Shown in pieces: positions 38,596 through 48,488 of a stretch of DNA of 64,000 bases (its first letter is position 1; each line of letters begins with the position of its first letter). Under the pieces are notes generated by a model, which was not told the origin of the DNA, made no database searches, and worked only from the letters and a program-made list of their open reading frames with translations. This DNA is from an uncultured Acidobacteriota bacterium (GTDB lineage: Bacteria; Acidobacteriota; Thermoanaerobaculia; Multivoradales; UBA5704), in NCBI GenBank assembly GCA_963770895.1, contig CAVYRF010000002.1:1056001-1120000 (forward strand). Reading direction: 5' to 3'. The translations under genes and the position numbers were made by a program.

Positions 38596-41097
38596 TTGCG
38601 CGACATCGTAAAGAGTCTGCGCAAATGCGCGCGACCGCTCCAGCTGGTTGGAGTGGCCGCTGCCTTGGCGTGGGGTCTCGGCTGCGCACGCGGTGACGGC
38701 GACGGCGGCGTCAGCTCCGCCCGCGGCGCGACGGGTGCGGCGGCGGCGGCCCCAGGCCCGGCGGGCACCGGCGAGCGCGCGGGCACCGTTGCTGCCGGAG
38801 CGGCCGCGGCCGGCGGCGGTGGCGGTGGTGCGGGCGGCGGCGGACCGCGGCTCAACCTGCTGCTGGTGACCCTGGACACCGTGCGCGCCGATCACCTGGG
38901 CTGCTACGGCGGCGCCAGCGCCGAGACGCCGACCCTGGACGGGCTGGCGCGCGAAGGGGTGCGGTTTGCGCATGCGGCGTCGCCGGTGCCGCTGACGCTG
39001 CCGGCGCACACCAGCATCCTCACCGGCCTGCTGCCGGCGCGCCACGGCGTGCGCAACAACGGCGGCGCTGGCCTGGCCGCCGGTTTTCCCACCCTGGCGA
39101 CGCGCCTGGCCGCCGCCGGCTACCGCACCGGCGCCTTTGTCAGCGCCTTCGTGCTGGACCATCGCTTCGGCCTCCAGGCGGGCTTCGCCACCTACGACGA
39201 CGAGGTGCGGCGCGATCCCAACGCCGGCTGGGTGCTGGAAGCGCAGCGGCCGGGCGACCAGACGGTGGACCGCGCGCTGGCCTGGCTGGACAGCCAGCCG
39301 GCCGGCGACCAGCACCCATTCTTCCTCTGGGTGCACCTTTATGATGTGCATGCACCCTACAATGCTCCACCGCCGTACCGGCAACGCCATGCGGAGCGCC
39401 CCTATGACGGCGCCCTGGCCTTTGACGACGCGCAGCTGGGGCGGCTGCTGGCCGGAATCGACCGGCGCGGCGGGCGCGCCAGCACCCTGGTCGCGGTCGC
39501 CGCCGACCACGGCGAATCGCTGGGCGAGCACGGCGAGGCCACCCACGGCCTGCTGCTGTACGAAGGCGACCTGGCGGTGCCGCTGCTGCTGCGCGGCCCC
39601 GGCCTGGCGCCCGGCGTGGTAGCGACCCCGGTGGGCTTGATCGACCTGGCGCCGACGCTCGCCGGCTTGCTCGGCCTGGGCTCGGGATGGTCGGCGGCGG
39701 CCATCGACGGCCGCGACCTGTCCGCCGGCCTGCGCGGCCGGCGCGAGCCGCCGCCCACCGACCTCTATGCCGAGACGCGCTACCCCGAGATCTTCGGCTG
39801 GCAGCCGCTCGCCGCGCTGCGCCGCCGCGACCTCAAGTACATCGCGGCGCAGCGCCCCGAGCTCTACGACCTGACGCGCGACCCGCGCGAACAGGCCAAC
39901 CTGGCCGCCACCGCCGCCGCCGCGCCCCACACCGCCGGCGGCGCACCGGCGGCGGCGGCCGGCGGCCGTGGCGCCGACGAGCAGCGCCGCCTGCTGCAGG
40001 GGTTCGCGGCGCGCGTCGCCGGCATCGCCGCCGACGCCCTGCGCCTGCCGCCGCCCTACGCACTCGCCGCCGTTGCCGCCAACAACGCCAACACCGCGGC
40101 GCCTTCCCGCGGCGCCGGCCAGCCCGCCGCCGGCGGCGACGCGGAAGCGCGCGCCCGCCTGGAGAGCCTGGGCTACGTCACCGGCGGGCCCGCGGTGACG
40201 ACCGGAGCGGCGGAGGCGAACGCGGCGCGGCGCGGCGCGGCGGCTCCCTACGGGCCCGAGCCCAGCCGCCAGGTGGAGCTGTTCCAGCGCTTCGAGCGCG
40301 CCCACGACGAGCAGCTGGCCGGCAACAAGGCCGCCGCCCAGGCCGACCTGGAGGCGCTGGTGGCGAGCGACCCGCCCAACCCGGTGTTCCGCGCCAAGCT
40401 GGCCCAGGTGCTGCGCGAGCGCGGCGACCTGGCGCGCGCCATCCCGCTCTACCGCAGCGCCGCCGCAGCCACCCCCGCCGACCCCGAGGCCTGGTACAAC
40501 CTGGCGGCGGCGCTGTCCGAGGCGGGGCAGCTCGGCGAGGCGCGCACCGCGATCGAAAAGGCGCTGCGCCTGGACCCCGGCCGCCCCGAGGCGCACAACA
40601 CCCTGGGCCTGGTGCTGCTCGGCGAGCGCAAGCCTGAGGACGCCCGCCGCGAGTTCGCGGCGGCGGTCGCGGCCGACCCGCGCAACGCCCACGCCTGGAA
40701 CAACCTGGGCAACGTCCTGCGCGCGCTGGGCCGGCCGGCGGACGCGGACCACGCCTATCGCCAGGCGCTGGCGGCGGCCCCCGACTACCCCGAAGCGCTC
40801 AACGGCCTGGGCACGCTCGCCGTGCAGCAGGATCAGCCGGCGGCGGCGCTGCCGCTGTTCGACCGGGCGCTGGCCCTGGCCCCCGGTTACCACGAGGTGC
40901 GGCTCAACCGCGCCATCGCCCTGCAGATGGCGGGCAACGCCGCTGCCGCGGCGGGCGCCTATCGCGACTTTCTTGCGGCTACCGACGCGCAACCGCGCCT
41001 GTTTGCGGAGCAGCGCCAGGCGGCGCGCCATTTCCTCGATCAGCTCACCCACGCCGGCGCCGCGCCACCGTCGCGGCAGCCGCCAGGAGGGAGGTGA
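38596..41097 (+). CDS. Sulfatase-like (alkaline phosphatase superfamily) lipoprotein with C-terminal TPR repeats
   Basis: AGGAGG RBS with TTG start; lipobox-like GLGC; NLLLVTLDTVRAD, TLPAH, HLYDVH, ADHGE; several canonical TPRs. Confidence 0.9.
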   Translation: MRDIVKSLRKCARPLQLVGVAAALAWGLGCARGDGDGGVSSARGATGAAAAAPGPAGTGERAGTVAAGAAAAGGGGGGAGGGGPRLNLLLVTLDTVRADHLGCYGGASAETPTLDGLAREGVRFAHAASPVPLTLPAHTSILTGLLPARHGVRNNGGAGLAAGFPTLATRLAAAGYRTGAFVSAFVLDHRFGLQAGFATYDDEVRRDPNAGWVLEAQRPGDQTVDRALAWLDSQPAGDQHPFFLWVHLYDVHAPYNAPPPYRQRHAERPYDGALAFDDAQLGRLLAGIDRRGGRASTLVAVAADHGESLGEHGEATHGLLLYEGDLAVPLLLRGPGLAPGVVATPVGLIDLAPTLAGLLGLGSGWSAAAIDGRDLSAGLRGRREPPPTDLYAETRYPEIFGWQPLAALRRRDLKYIAAQRPELYDLTRDPREQANLAATAAAAPHTAGGAPAAAAGGRGADEQRRLLQGFAARVAGIAADALRLPPPYALAAVAANNANTAAPSRGAGQPAAGGDAEARARLESLGYVTGGPAVTTGAAEANAARRGAAAPYGPEPSRQVELFQRFERAHDEQLAGNKAAAQADLEALVASDPPNPVFRAKLAQVLRERGDLARAIPLYRSAAAATPADPEAWYNLAAALSEAGQLGEARTAIEKALRLDPGRPEAHNTLGLVLLGERKPEDARREFAAAVAADPRNAHAWNNLGNVLRALGRPADADHAYRQALAAAPDYPEALNGLGTLAVQQDQPAAALPLFDRALALAPGYHEVRLNRAIALQMAGNAAAAAGAYRDFLAATDAQPRLFAEQRQAARHFLDQLTHAGAAPPSRQPPGGR

Positions 41098-41200
41098 CAC
41101 CCCGGCCGGCCGGCCGGGAGGATGGACGGGTTTTGATTTCGCGCAGCTCGCTGCGCTTCTTATTTCCGTTGCAAGCGGAATCTAAAAGGAGATCCGAGTT

Positions 41201-44161
41201 ATGTCTCGCAAACGCATGAAGGCGTTGCACCGGCTGAGCGCCAGCGCCGGCATCGCCGCGGTCCTATTGGTGGCTCTCGCGGCGGCGCTCATCCTGGCGC
41301 CGCAGGCGGGGGCGCAATCCACCGGCGGCACCGTCGGCGGCAAGGTGCAGGACAAGGGCGGCGCCGCGCTGCCCGGCGTCACCGTGACCGCCACCAACAA
41401 CGACACGGGGTTGGAGCGCTCCACCACCACCGGCCCCGAGGGCGCGTTCACCCTGCCGTCGCTGCCGGCCGGCATGTACACCCTCAAGGCCGACCTGTCG
41501 GGTTACGGCAACGTCACCGTCGAAAACGTGCGGGTCGACGTCGCGACCAAGCGCAACCTCGAAGTGACCCTGCCCCAATCGGCCATGCAGGAGGCGATCA
41601 CCGTCGTCGACGAGGCGCCGCTGATCCAGAACACGCCCGCCATCGGCACCGTGGTCAGCCAGCAGGAGCTGGCCAACCTGCCGCTCAACGGCCGCCAGTT
41701 CGCCAACCTGGGCGTGCTCGCGCCGGGCACCACCCTGGGCTACAACTCCGACCCGACCAAGCCCGGACAGCTGGTCATCGAGCTCAACGGCGGCATCGGC
41801 CGCAACGTCAACTACACCGTGGACGGCGGCGACAACACCGACGACACCATCGGCGGCGCGCTGATGAACTTCAGCGTCGAAGACGTGCAGGAGTTCAAGA
41901 TCCAGACCCAGGACTACCAGGCGGAATACGGGCGCTCGACCGGCGGCGTCGTGACGGTCGTCACCAAGTCGGGTGGCAACAAATTCAGCGGCACCGGCTT
42001 CGGCTACTTTCGGCGCACCGGCCTGGACGCCAAGACCGAAACCGAGATCCTGGACAACGCGCCCAAAGAGCAGCTCAGCCGGGATCAATACGGCGGCGCC
42101 GTCGGCGGTCCGATCGTTCCCGACAAGCTGCACTTCTTCGTCAGCTACGAGAAGATCCAGCAGAACACCGAGTACACCGTCAACACCGGCGGCATCGTGC
42201 CGACGGTCGACGGCCAGTCCTTCCCGATTCCGTTCGGCGACCAGCTGGTCAGCGGCAAGCTGACCTGGGACGCGACGCCCAAGGACTACCTGCAGGTGCG
42301 CTACGGCTACCAGAAGAACACCGACATCTACGGCGCCAACCCGCTGGCGGTGCCGTCGTCGCTGGGCACCATCACCAACACCTACAGTTCGCTGCTGGGC
42401 GGCTGGACGCGGCAGATCGGCTCCGATTCGCTCAACGAGCTGATCTTCCAGTACAGCAAGTTCAACAACCTGATCTCCGCCAATTCGACCGCGCCGTCGA
42501 TCTACTACCCCAACGGCGTGACCATCGGCGAGAACATCAACACGCCGCAGACCACCAACCAGACCAAGTATCAATATAAAGACGACTTCAGCTTCTCACG
42601 CACGATCGCCGACCAGCGCCACGACTTCAAGGCGGGTCTGGCCTTCATCAACGAGCCGACGCTGGGCGGCACCTTCACCACCGGCACCAGCGGTCTGTAC
42701 ACGGCGCTCGACAACGAACAGAATTCGCCGATCACCAACATCACCATCTACGGCGGCACCTCCAACAACGCGACGCCGATGAAGGAGTACAGCGGCTACC
42801 TCCAGGACAACTGGTCGTTCAGCAACCGCCTGACGTTCAACGTCGGCGTCCGCTACGACCTGTACCGCGGCTTCGCGCTCAACCAGGAAAGCAACCCCAT
42901 CTGGCAGACGCTGTCCACCCAGACGGCTTACGACTACCCGCTCTTACAGAGCTTCATGGGCGGCAACGGCGGCGTCCTGCCGAACGACAACAAGGACATC
43001 GCGCCGCGCCTGGGCTTCACCTGGGACGTCACGGGCAACGGCCGCCAGCTGCTGCACGGCGGCTGGGGCATCTACTACGACTTCCCGTACACCAACTCCA
43101 CCATCCTGTTCCCGTCGCTCGCCGTGCAGTCGCTCGGCTACGGCGTGGTCTACAGCTACACCGATCCCAACGGCATCAAGAATCCCAACGGCAGCTTCTT
43201 CCAACCCGGCCAGCCGCTGCCGCCCAACCAGCTGCCCGGCGCGTCGATCCCGCCGCCCAACGAAGTGGCCTCGCCGACGTTCAAGACGCCGCGCTCCACC
43301 CAGGCCGACCTGGGCTACTCGTGGCAGGTCAACAACTGGCTCGGGTTCAACTTCGACCTGACGACCATCCACTACACCGACCTGCCGTTCCGCTACCACG
43401 CCAACTTCCTGGATCCCACGACCGGCCAGCCGCTGTTCCCGCAGTACGGCGACTTCCGCCTGTGGGACGGCCAGGGCTTTGCCCAATATAACGGCGGCAA
43501 CATCGGCTTCCACATCAAGGTTCCCGACACCGGCATCACGGTGCAGGGCTTCTACACCAACTCCCATGCCACCGGCATCCCGCTCGCCGGCGCCGACGAG
43601 TTCCGCCTGACCGACATCAACTACCAGCCGGGCCTGCACGACGCCCGCGACGTTTCGGTCGATCCGGCAAACCCGCTCTGCTCCTATTGCAGCGGCCCCC
43701 TCAACACCGACGCCCGCAACCGCGTCACCCTGGGAGTCACCTACCTGGCCCCCTGGGGCATCAACGCCGCCGCCATGTTCCGCTATCACTCGGGGACGCC
43801 TTACATGATCTATACCGATGGCAAGAACGGCACCGCCGTCGGCACCAACTACGGCTTCAACCTGGCCCTGCCGCCAGGCGTCTCGGTCAACGCCGGCCGC
43901 GAAGCCGCCTTCGAACAGCTCGACCTGAGCCTCAGCAAGGACATCCCGGTGTTCAGCCGCGTCAAGGCCCAGGTCGTGGCCCAGGTGTTCAACGTCTTCA
44001 ACGCCCAGAACCCCGCCGCCTACGACGGCCTCATCTACACCCACAACGCCGCCGGCCAGGTGGTCCCCAACCCCGACTTCGGCAAGCCCAGCGAATACGC
44101 CGGAGACCCCCTGCAAGGCGAACAGCGCCTCATCCAGCTGGGCATCCGCCTGCTGTTCTGA
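41201..44161 (+). CDS. Oar-like TonB-dependent outer-membrane receptor
   Basis: Signal peptide; carboxypeptidase-regulatory domain; LPLNGRQF, AEYGRSTGG, APRLGFTWD; C-terminal QLGIRLLF. Confidence 0.94.
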   Translation: MSRKRMKALHRLSASAGIAAVLLVALAAALILAPQAGAQSTGGTVGGKVQDKGGAALPGVTVTATNNDTGLERSTTTGPEGAFTLPSLPAGMYTLKADLSGYGNVTVENVRVDVATKRNLEVTLPQSAMQEAITVVDEAPLIQNTPAIGTVVSQQELANLPLNGRQFANLGVLAPGTTLGYNSDPTKPGQLVIELNGGIGRNVNYTVDGGDNTDDTIGGALMNFSVEDVQEFKIQTQDYQAEYGRSTGGVVTVVTKSGGNKFSGTGFGYFRRTGLDAKTETEILDNAPKEQLSRDQYGGAVGGPIVPDKLHFFVSYEKIQQNTEYTVNTGGIVPTVDGQSFPIPFGDQLVSGKLTWDATPKDYLQVRYGYQKNTDIYGANPLAVPSSLGTITNTYSSLLGGWTRQIGSDSLNELIFQYSKFNNLISANSTAPSIYYPNGVTIGENINTPQTTNQTKYQYKDDFSFSRTIADQRHDFKAGLAFINEPTLGGTFTTGTSGLYTALDNEQNSPITNITIYGGTSNNATPMKEYSGYLQDNWSFSNRLTFNVGVRYDLYRGFALNQESNPIWQTLSTQTAYDYPLLQSFMGGNGGVLPNDNKDIAPRLGFTWDVTGNGRQLLHGGWGIYYDFPYTNSTILFPSLAVQSLGYGVVYSYTDPNGIKNPNGSFFQPGQPLPPNQLPGASIPPPNEVASPTFKTPRSTQADLGYSWQVNNWLGFNFDLTTIHYTDLPFRYHANFLDPTTGQPLFPQYGDFRLWDGQGFAQYNGGNIGFHIKVPDTGITVQGFYTNSHATGIPLAGADEFRLTDINYQPGLHDARDVSVDPANPLCSYCSGPLNTDARNRVTLGVTYLAPWGINAAAMFRYHSGTPYMIYTDGKNGTAVGTNYGFNLALPPGVSVNAGREAAFEQLDLSLSKDIPVFSRVKAQVVAQVFNVFNAQNPAAYDGLIYTHNAAGQVVPNPDFGKPSEYAGDPLQGEQRLIQLGIRLLF

Positions 44162-44334
44162 TCGACCGCCGCCCTTTCGAGGCTGCGTGGGCCGTCCGCT
44201 CACGCAGCCCCTCTCCCTTCCCAAAGCACAGCCCCGGTGTCGCAGGTCCGCCCCATGGCGATTGCGGCCGTTTTCTTGCATGATGGACGCGGCGGTCGCC
44301 GCGGCGAGGCCGTCTTGCGGACGAAGGAGCACGC

Positions 44335-44757
44335 TTGAACCTGCGCACCATTCTCGTCGTCGTGGCCCTGACCACGATCCTGTCGCTGGCGCTGGCCGCG
44401 GCGGTGCTATACCTGGCATACCGCAAGCTGCGGCACATCCGGATCGCGGCCGACTCGGACTTCTTCACCACGGTGCGGGCGGTGCCGCTGTCGCTGGTGA
44501 TCGGATTGGACCTGCTGGACCTGGGGCTGGACGTGTTCTCGACGCCGCTGACCTGGTTGATCCTGGATCGCCTGGGCCTCAAGGCGCTGCGCAACGTGGC
44601 CACGGTCAAGGCGCTGATCCCGATCGGCGACATGATCCCAGCGCTGACGCTGGCATGGCTGGCCGCCCGCCTGTTCAAGCTCGGCCGGCCCTACGACCCG
44701 CACCTCATCGAAACCCAGCGCACCGGCCCGGACAGCTACGTGCCGCGCCTTCCCTGA
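44335..44757 (+). CDS. Small hypothetical membrane protein
   Basis: AAGGAG RBS with TTG start; several hydrophobic segments; LIPIGDMIPALTLAW motif. Confidence 0.7.
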   Translation: MNLRTILVVVALTTILSLALAAAVLYLAYRKLRHIRIAADSDFFTTVRAVPLSLVIGLDLLDLGLDVFSTPLTWLILDRLGLKALRNVATVKALIPIGDMIPALTLAWLAARLFKLGRPYDPHLIETQRTGPDSYVPRLP

Positions 44758-44775
44758 GCGGAGTAAACGGCGCGG

Positions 44776-46071
44776 CTAGTCCATCTGCTTCCTCAGCACG
44801 GTCGGAATGTCGTAGTCGTCCACGTTGGACCAGTTGGGGCCGAAGCCGTTGGGGTCTTCGGGGCGGGCGTGGGCGATGGCCTTGCGGTAGAAGGGGACGT
44901 CGGCGGCCGAAACCTCCGGCTCTTCGCGCGGGCCGGCGGCCGGGGCCGCGGCGACGGGCGGCAGCGGGGCGCGCAGGGGGATGGACCCGGCGGCACCGTT
45001 GACCGAGGGACTGGCGCCGGCGGCGCCGGCGGACAGGCTGGAGAAGGTCTGGCGCGGACGCTCGCCGGCCAGGCGGTCGAAGCCGGTGGCGATGACGGTG
45101 ACCTTCATGGCTTCTTCCAGGCCGGGATCGATGACCATGCCCGAGATGATGTTGGCGTCGGGATCGACGGCGTCGGAGATGATGCGCGCCGCTTCGGCCA
45201 CTTCGTGCAGGGTGAGGTCGTGGCCGCCCGAGATGTTGATCAGGACGCCGCGGGCTCCCTGGATGGAGGTTTCTTCCAGCAGCGGCGAGGAGATGGCGCG
45301 CTGCGCCGCCTCCAGGGCGCGATGCTCGCCCTTGGCGACGCCGGTGCCCATCAGGGCCATGCCCATGCCGGTCATGATGGTGCGCACGTCGGCAAAGTCG
45401 ACGTTGATTTCACCGGGGATGGTGATCAGGTCGCTGATGCCCTGCACCGCCTGGCGCAGCACGTCGTCGGCGATGCGGAAGGCTTCGGCCAGCGGGGTGC
45501 CGCGCTCGACAAAGTTGAGCAGCCGCTCGTTGGGGATGGTGATCAGCGTGTCGACCGCGCCGCGCAGCTCTTCGACGCCGCGTTCGGCCAGCTGCAGCCG
45601 CCGGCGGCCTTCGAAGCCGAAGGGCTTGGTGACCACGGCGACGGTCAAGGCGCCGATTTCCGCCGCCAGCGAGGCGATGATCGGCGCCGCGCCGGTGCCG
45701 GTGCCGCCGCCCAGGCCGGCGGTCAGGAACACCATGTCGGCGCCCTCCAGCATCTCCAGGATGCGCTCGGTGTCTTCGAGCGCCGCCTTGCGGCCGACTT
45801 CCGGGTCGGCGCCGGCCCCCAGCCCCTTGGTGAGCAGGCCGCCGATCTGCAGCTTGTTGGGCGCGCGGCACTTGTGCAGCGCCTGCAGGTCGGTGTTGGC
45901 ACAGATGAACTCGACGCCGCGCAGCTGGGCGTCAATCATGCGGTTGACCGCATTGCCGCCGCCGCCGCCGACGCCGATCACTTTGATGCGTGCGGGCAGG
46001 GACTCGGCTTCCGCCACCATCATCGGCGCCTCCTTTTCCTCGCGAGGTTGCTGGTCGTCGAATAGAATCAT
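44776..46071 (-). CDS. ftsZ: Cell division protein FtsZ
   Basis: [16 protein letters not shown] tubulin signature, C-terminal DIPTVLRK. Confidence 0.99.
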   Translation of the reverse strand: MILFDDQQPREEKEAPMMVAEAESLPARIKVIGVGGGGGNAVNRMIDAQLRGVEFICANTDLQALHKCRAPNKLQIGGLLTKGLGAGADPEVGRKAALEDTERILEMLEGADMVFLTAGLGGGTGTGAAPIIASLAAEIGALTVAVVTKPFGFEGRRRLQLAERGVEELRGAVDTLITIPNERLLNFVERGTPLAEAFRIADDVLRQAVQGISDLITIPGEINVDFADVRTIMTGMGMALMGTGVAKGEHRALEAAQRAISSPLLEETSIQGARGVLINISGGHDLTLHEVAEAARIISDAVDPDANIISGMVIDPGLEEAMKVTVIATGFDRLAGERPRQTFSSLSAGAAGASPSVNGAAGSIPLRAPLPPVAAAPAAGPREEPEVSAADVPFYRKAIAHARPEDPNGFGPNWSNVDDYDIPTVLRKQMD

Positions 46072-46105
46072 GAAACACCCCCTTTTGGGTTGAAGCGGGC
46101 CGATG

Positions 46106-47347
46106 CTACAGCAGGTCCGAGAACATCCCGCGCAAGCTGCCGACCACGCCGCGCACGCTGAAGCCCGACCGTTTCTTTTGCACCTTGCCCTGGCTTTCCT
46201 CGGCGCTCAAGGCGTACAGCAAGAGTCCGGAGGCCGTGGACCAGGTGGGGCTGCTGATGACGTCCACCAGGCCCCCCAAACCGCGCGGTAGACCGTACCG
46301 CACTCCGGCGTCAAACACCTGCTCGGCCATCTCCAGCAGGCCGTCGAGCTGCGCGCCGCCGCCGGTCAGCACGACGCCGCCGCGCAGCCCTTCGTCGGAG
46401 GCGTGCTTGCGCAGGTCGTCGCGCAGCAGGTTGAACAGCTCCTCGGCGCGCGGCTGCAGGATCTCGCACAGCTCCCGTTTGGGTACTACGCGCGAGCCGC
46501 CGCCGGCGACGGTCGGCACCGAGATGCCGTCTTCCTCCGTGACCATGCTCGGCAGGCAGCAGCCCTGCTTGACCTTGATGCGCTCGGCTTCGGCGAACGG
46601 CGTGCGCAGCACCATCGCCAGGTCGTTGGTGAAGTGGCCGGCGCCGATCGGCGCCACGGCGCTGTACTGGATCTCGCCTTCGCAGAAGAGCGCGTACTCG
46701 GTGGTGCCGGCGCCGATGTCGACCAGCAGCACGCCCAGCTCGCGCTCGTCGGCCGACAGCGCCGCTTCGGCGGTGGCGAGCGGCTCGAACACCATCTCCA
46801 CGACTTCGATGCCGGCGCGGTTGACGCAGGTCAGCAGCGTGCGCGAGCGGGTGATGTTGCCGGTCACCAGGTGCACCATGACTTCCAGCCGGGTGCCCAG
46901 CATGCCGAGCGGATCGTCGATGCCCCCCTGCTCGTCGACGATGAATTCCTGCGGCACGGCGTGCAGGATCTCGCGGTCGGAGGGGAGAGCCGCCGACTGC
47001 GCCGCGTCGAGCACCCGCTGGATGTCCTGGCGGGTGATCTCGCGATCCTTGCGCGACACCGAGACCATGCCGCGGGAGTTGACGCTGCGGATGTCGGCGC
47101 CGGCCACCCCCACGTAGGCGCGGGAGATCTCGACCCCCGCCATCACCTCGGCCTCCTCGCTCGCCTGCTTGAGCGCTTCGACGGTGGCTTCGACGTTGAC
47201 GATGTTGCCTTTGCGCGTGCCGCGGTTGGGGGCGAGCCCGCGCCCCACCACCTCCATGCTGCCCTTGGCGTCACGCTGCCCGATGAGCACCCCGACTTTC
47301 GAGGAGCCGATGTCGATACCGACGAAGTAAGGTTCTGGTTTGGCCAT
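46106..47347 (-). CDS. ftsA: Cell division protein FtsA
   Basis: [22 protein letters not shown]; position in the dcw cluster. Confidence 0.97.
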   Translation of the reverse strand: MAKPEPYFVGIDIGSSKVGVLIGQRDAKGSMEVVGRGLAPNRGTRKGNIVNVEATVEALKQASEEAEVMAGVEISRAYVGVAGADIRSVNSRGMVSVSRKDREITRQDIQRVLDAAQSAALPSDREILHAVPQEFIVDEQGGIDDPLGMLGTRLEVMVHLVTGNITRSRTLLTCVNRAGIEVVEMVFEPLATAEAALSADERELGVLLVDIGAGTTEYALFCEGEIQYSAVAPIGAGHFTNDLAMVLRTPFAEAERIKVKQGCCLPSMVTEEDGISVPTVAGGGSRVVPKRELCEILQPRAEELFNLLRDDLRKHASDEGLRGGVVLTGGGAQLDGLLEMAEQVFDAGVRYGLPRGLGGLVDVISSPTWSTASGLLLYALSAEESQGKVQKKRSGFSVRGVVGSLRGMFSDLL

Positions 47348-47369
47348 GTCTCGAACTCCTCCCCAAGTT

Positions 47370-48488
47370 CTAGGCCCCGGCGCCCGGAGCTGGCGGCGGC
47401 TGCTGCGGCACAATCGCCGCAGGCGCCGGTTGCACTACGATACGGCGTGAAAAGCGCAGATCCACCCCCGCAAGCGCGGCATAGCGGCGCGTCAGCTCGG
47501 GCAGCAGCTGCTCAAAACGCGACAGGTTCTCCGCCAGGCGGCTGCCCCGCACCAGCAGCGGGCAGGGCAGGCCATCGATGCGCAGGCGGTAGTCTTCCTC
47601 GTCGATGACGTCGATCTGCGACAGGGCCGGCGTCCAGTCGGGACGCAGGCGGCGCAGCTGGTCGGCCAGGCGCAGCGCCCCGGCGATGCCGCGCTCGTCG
47701 GCCAGCGCCGCGCCGCCGGCAGCCGTCAGACCCAACGCCGGCAGGCCAGCGGCCGCGCTACTGCCGCCACTGCCGGCATCCGCGCCCCCGCCGCCGGAAG
47801 TCTGCTGCCGCGCCCCGAAGGCGTAGGCGGCAAAGCTCACCAGCAGCAGCCCGCGGCGGCGCGCATCGGCTTCTTCGGCCGCCGACGCCACCGGCGCGAT
47901 CGGATGGCCGGCGGCATCGGCGAACAGCAGCCGGCCGTCGCTGCGCAGCAGCACCGCCGGCTGGCGCTCGGCAATCGTCACCACCAGGTGGTCGGGCAGC
48001 TGCTTGGCAAGGTCGGCGGTGGCGATCCAGGGATTGCCGGCCAGGCGCTGCCGCACCTCGGCGAGCGGCAGGCGCAGCAGGTTCCGCCCGGACAGCGGCG
48101 CCAGCGCCGCCGTCACCCAGGCGTCGCCCACCCGCGGCGCGCCGCTGCCCGGCATCAGCGCCGGCGCCGGCGCCGGCCGGTGGCGCACCGTGATGCCGCG
48201 CAGCTGAAAGCGGCGCGAAGCCAGCAGCCAGCTGCCGAACGAAAGCGGCAGCGCCACCGTCAGCACCGCCAGGCCCAGCGGCTTGATCAGCACCAGGGCC
48301 AGGCTGCGGCGGCGGCGCCGCGGCGGCACCGCGCGGCGGCGGAAATCGAGCACGCGGGCGCCGCCCGCCGGCGCCGCCAGGGCGGCCGCGGACACCCCGC
48401 CGCCGGCCATCGCCCCGGCCGCCAGGGCGTCGGCGTCGCCGAAGTCGGCGGCGGCATCGTCGCCGGGCGGCAGCCAGGCGGTGCTCAT
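47370..48488 (-). CDS. ftsQ: Cell division protein FtsQ/DivIB
   Basis: Single TM, POTRA-like segment (NPWIATADLAKQLPDHLVVTIAERQP), VDLRF; upstream of ftsA. Confidence 0.85.
   Translation of the reverse strand: MSTAWLPPGDDAAADFGDADALAAGAMAGGGVSAAALAAPAGGARVLDFRRRAVPPRRRRRSLALVLIKPLGLAVLTVALPLSFGSWLLASRRFQLRGITVRHRPAPAPALMPGSGAPRVGDAWVTAALAPLSGRNLLRLPLAEVRQRLAGNPWIATADLAKQLPDHLVVTIAERQPAVLLRSDGRLLFADAAGHPIAPVASAAEEADARRRGLLLVSFAAYAFGARQQTSGGGGADAGSGGSSAAAGLPALGLTAAGGAALADERGIAGALRLADQLRRLRPDWTPALSQIDVIDEEDYRLRIDGLPCPLLVRGSRLAENLSRFEQLLPELTRRYAALAGVDLRFSRRIVVQPAPAAIVPQQPPPAPGAGA

Noticed and set aside
36379-41097. 1572-aa ORF as a single giant protein
   Set aside because: The first ~740 codons are antisense to the SPFH operon and low-complexity; an AGGAGG RBS, TTG start and lipoprotein signal at 38596 mark the real start.
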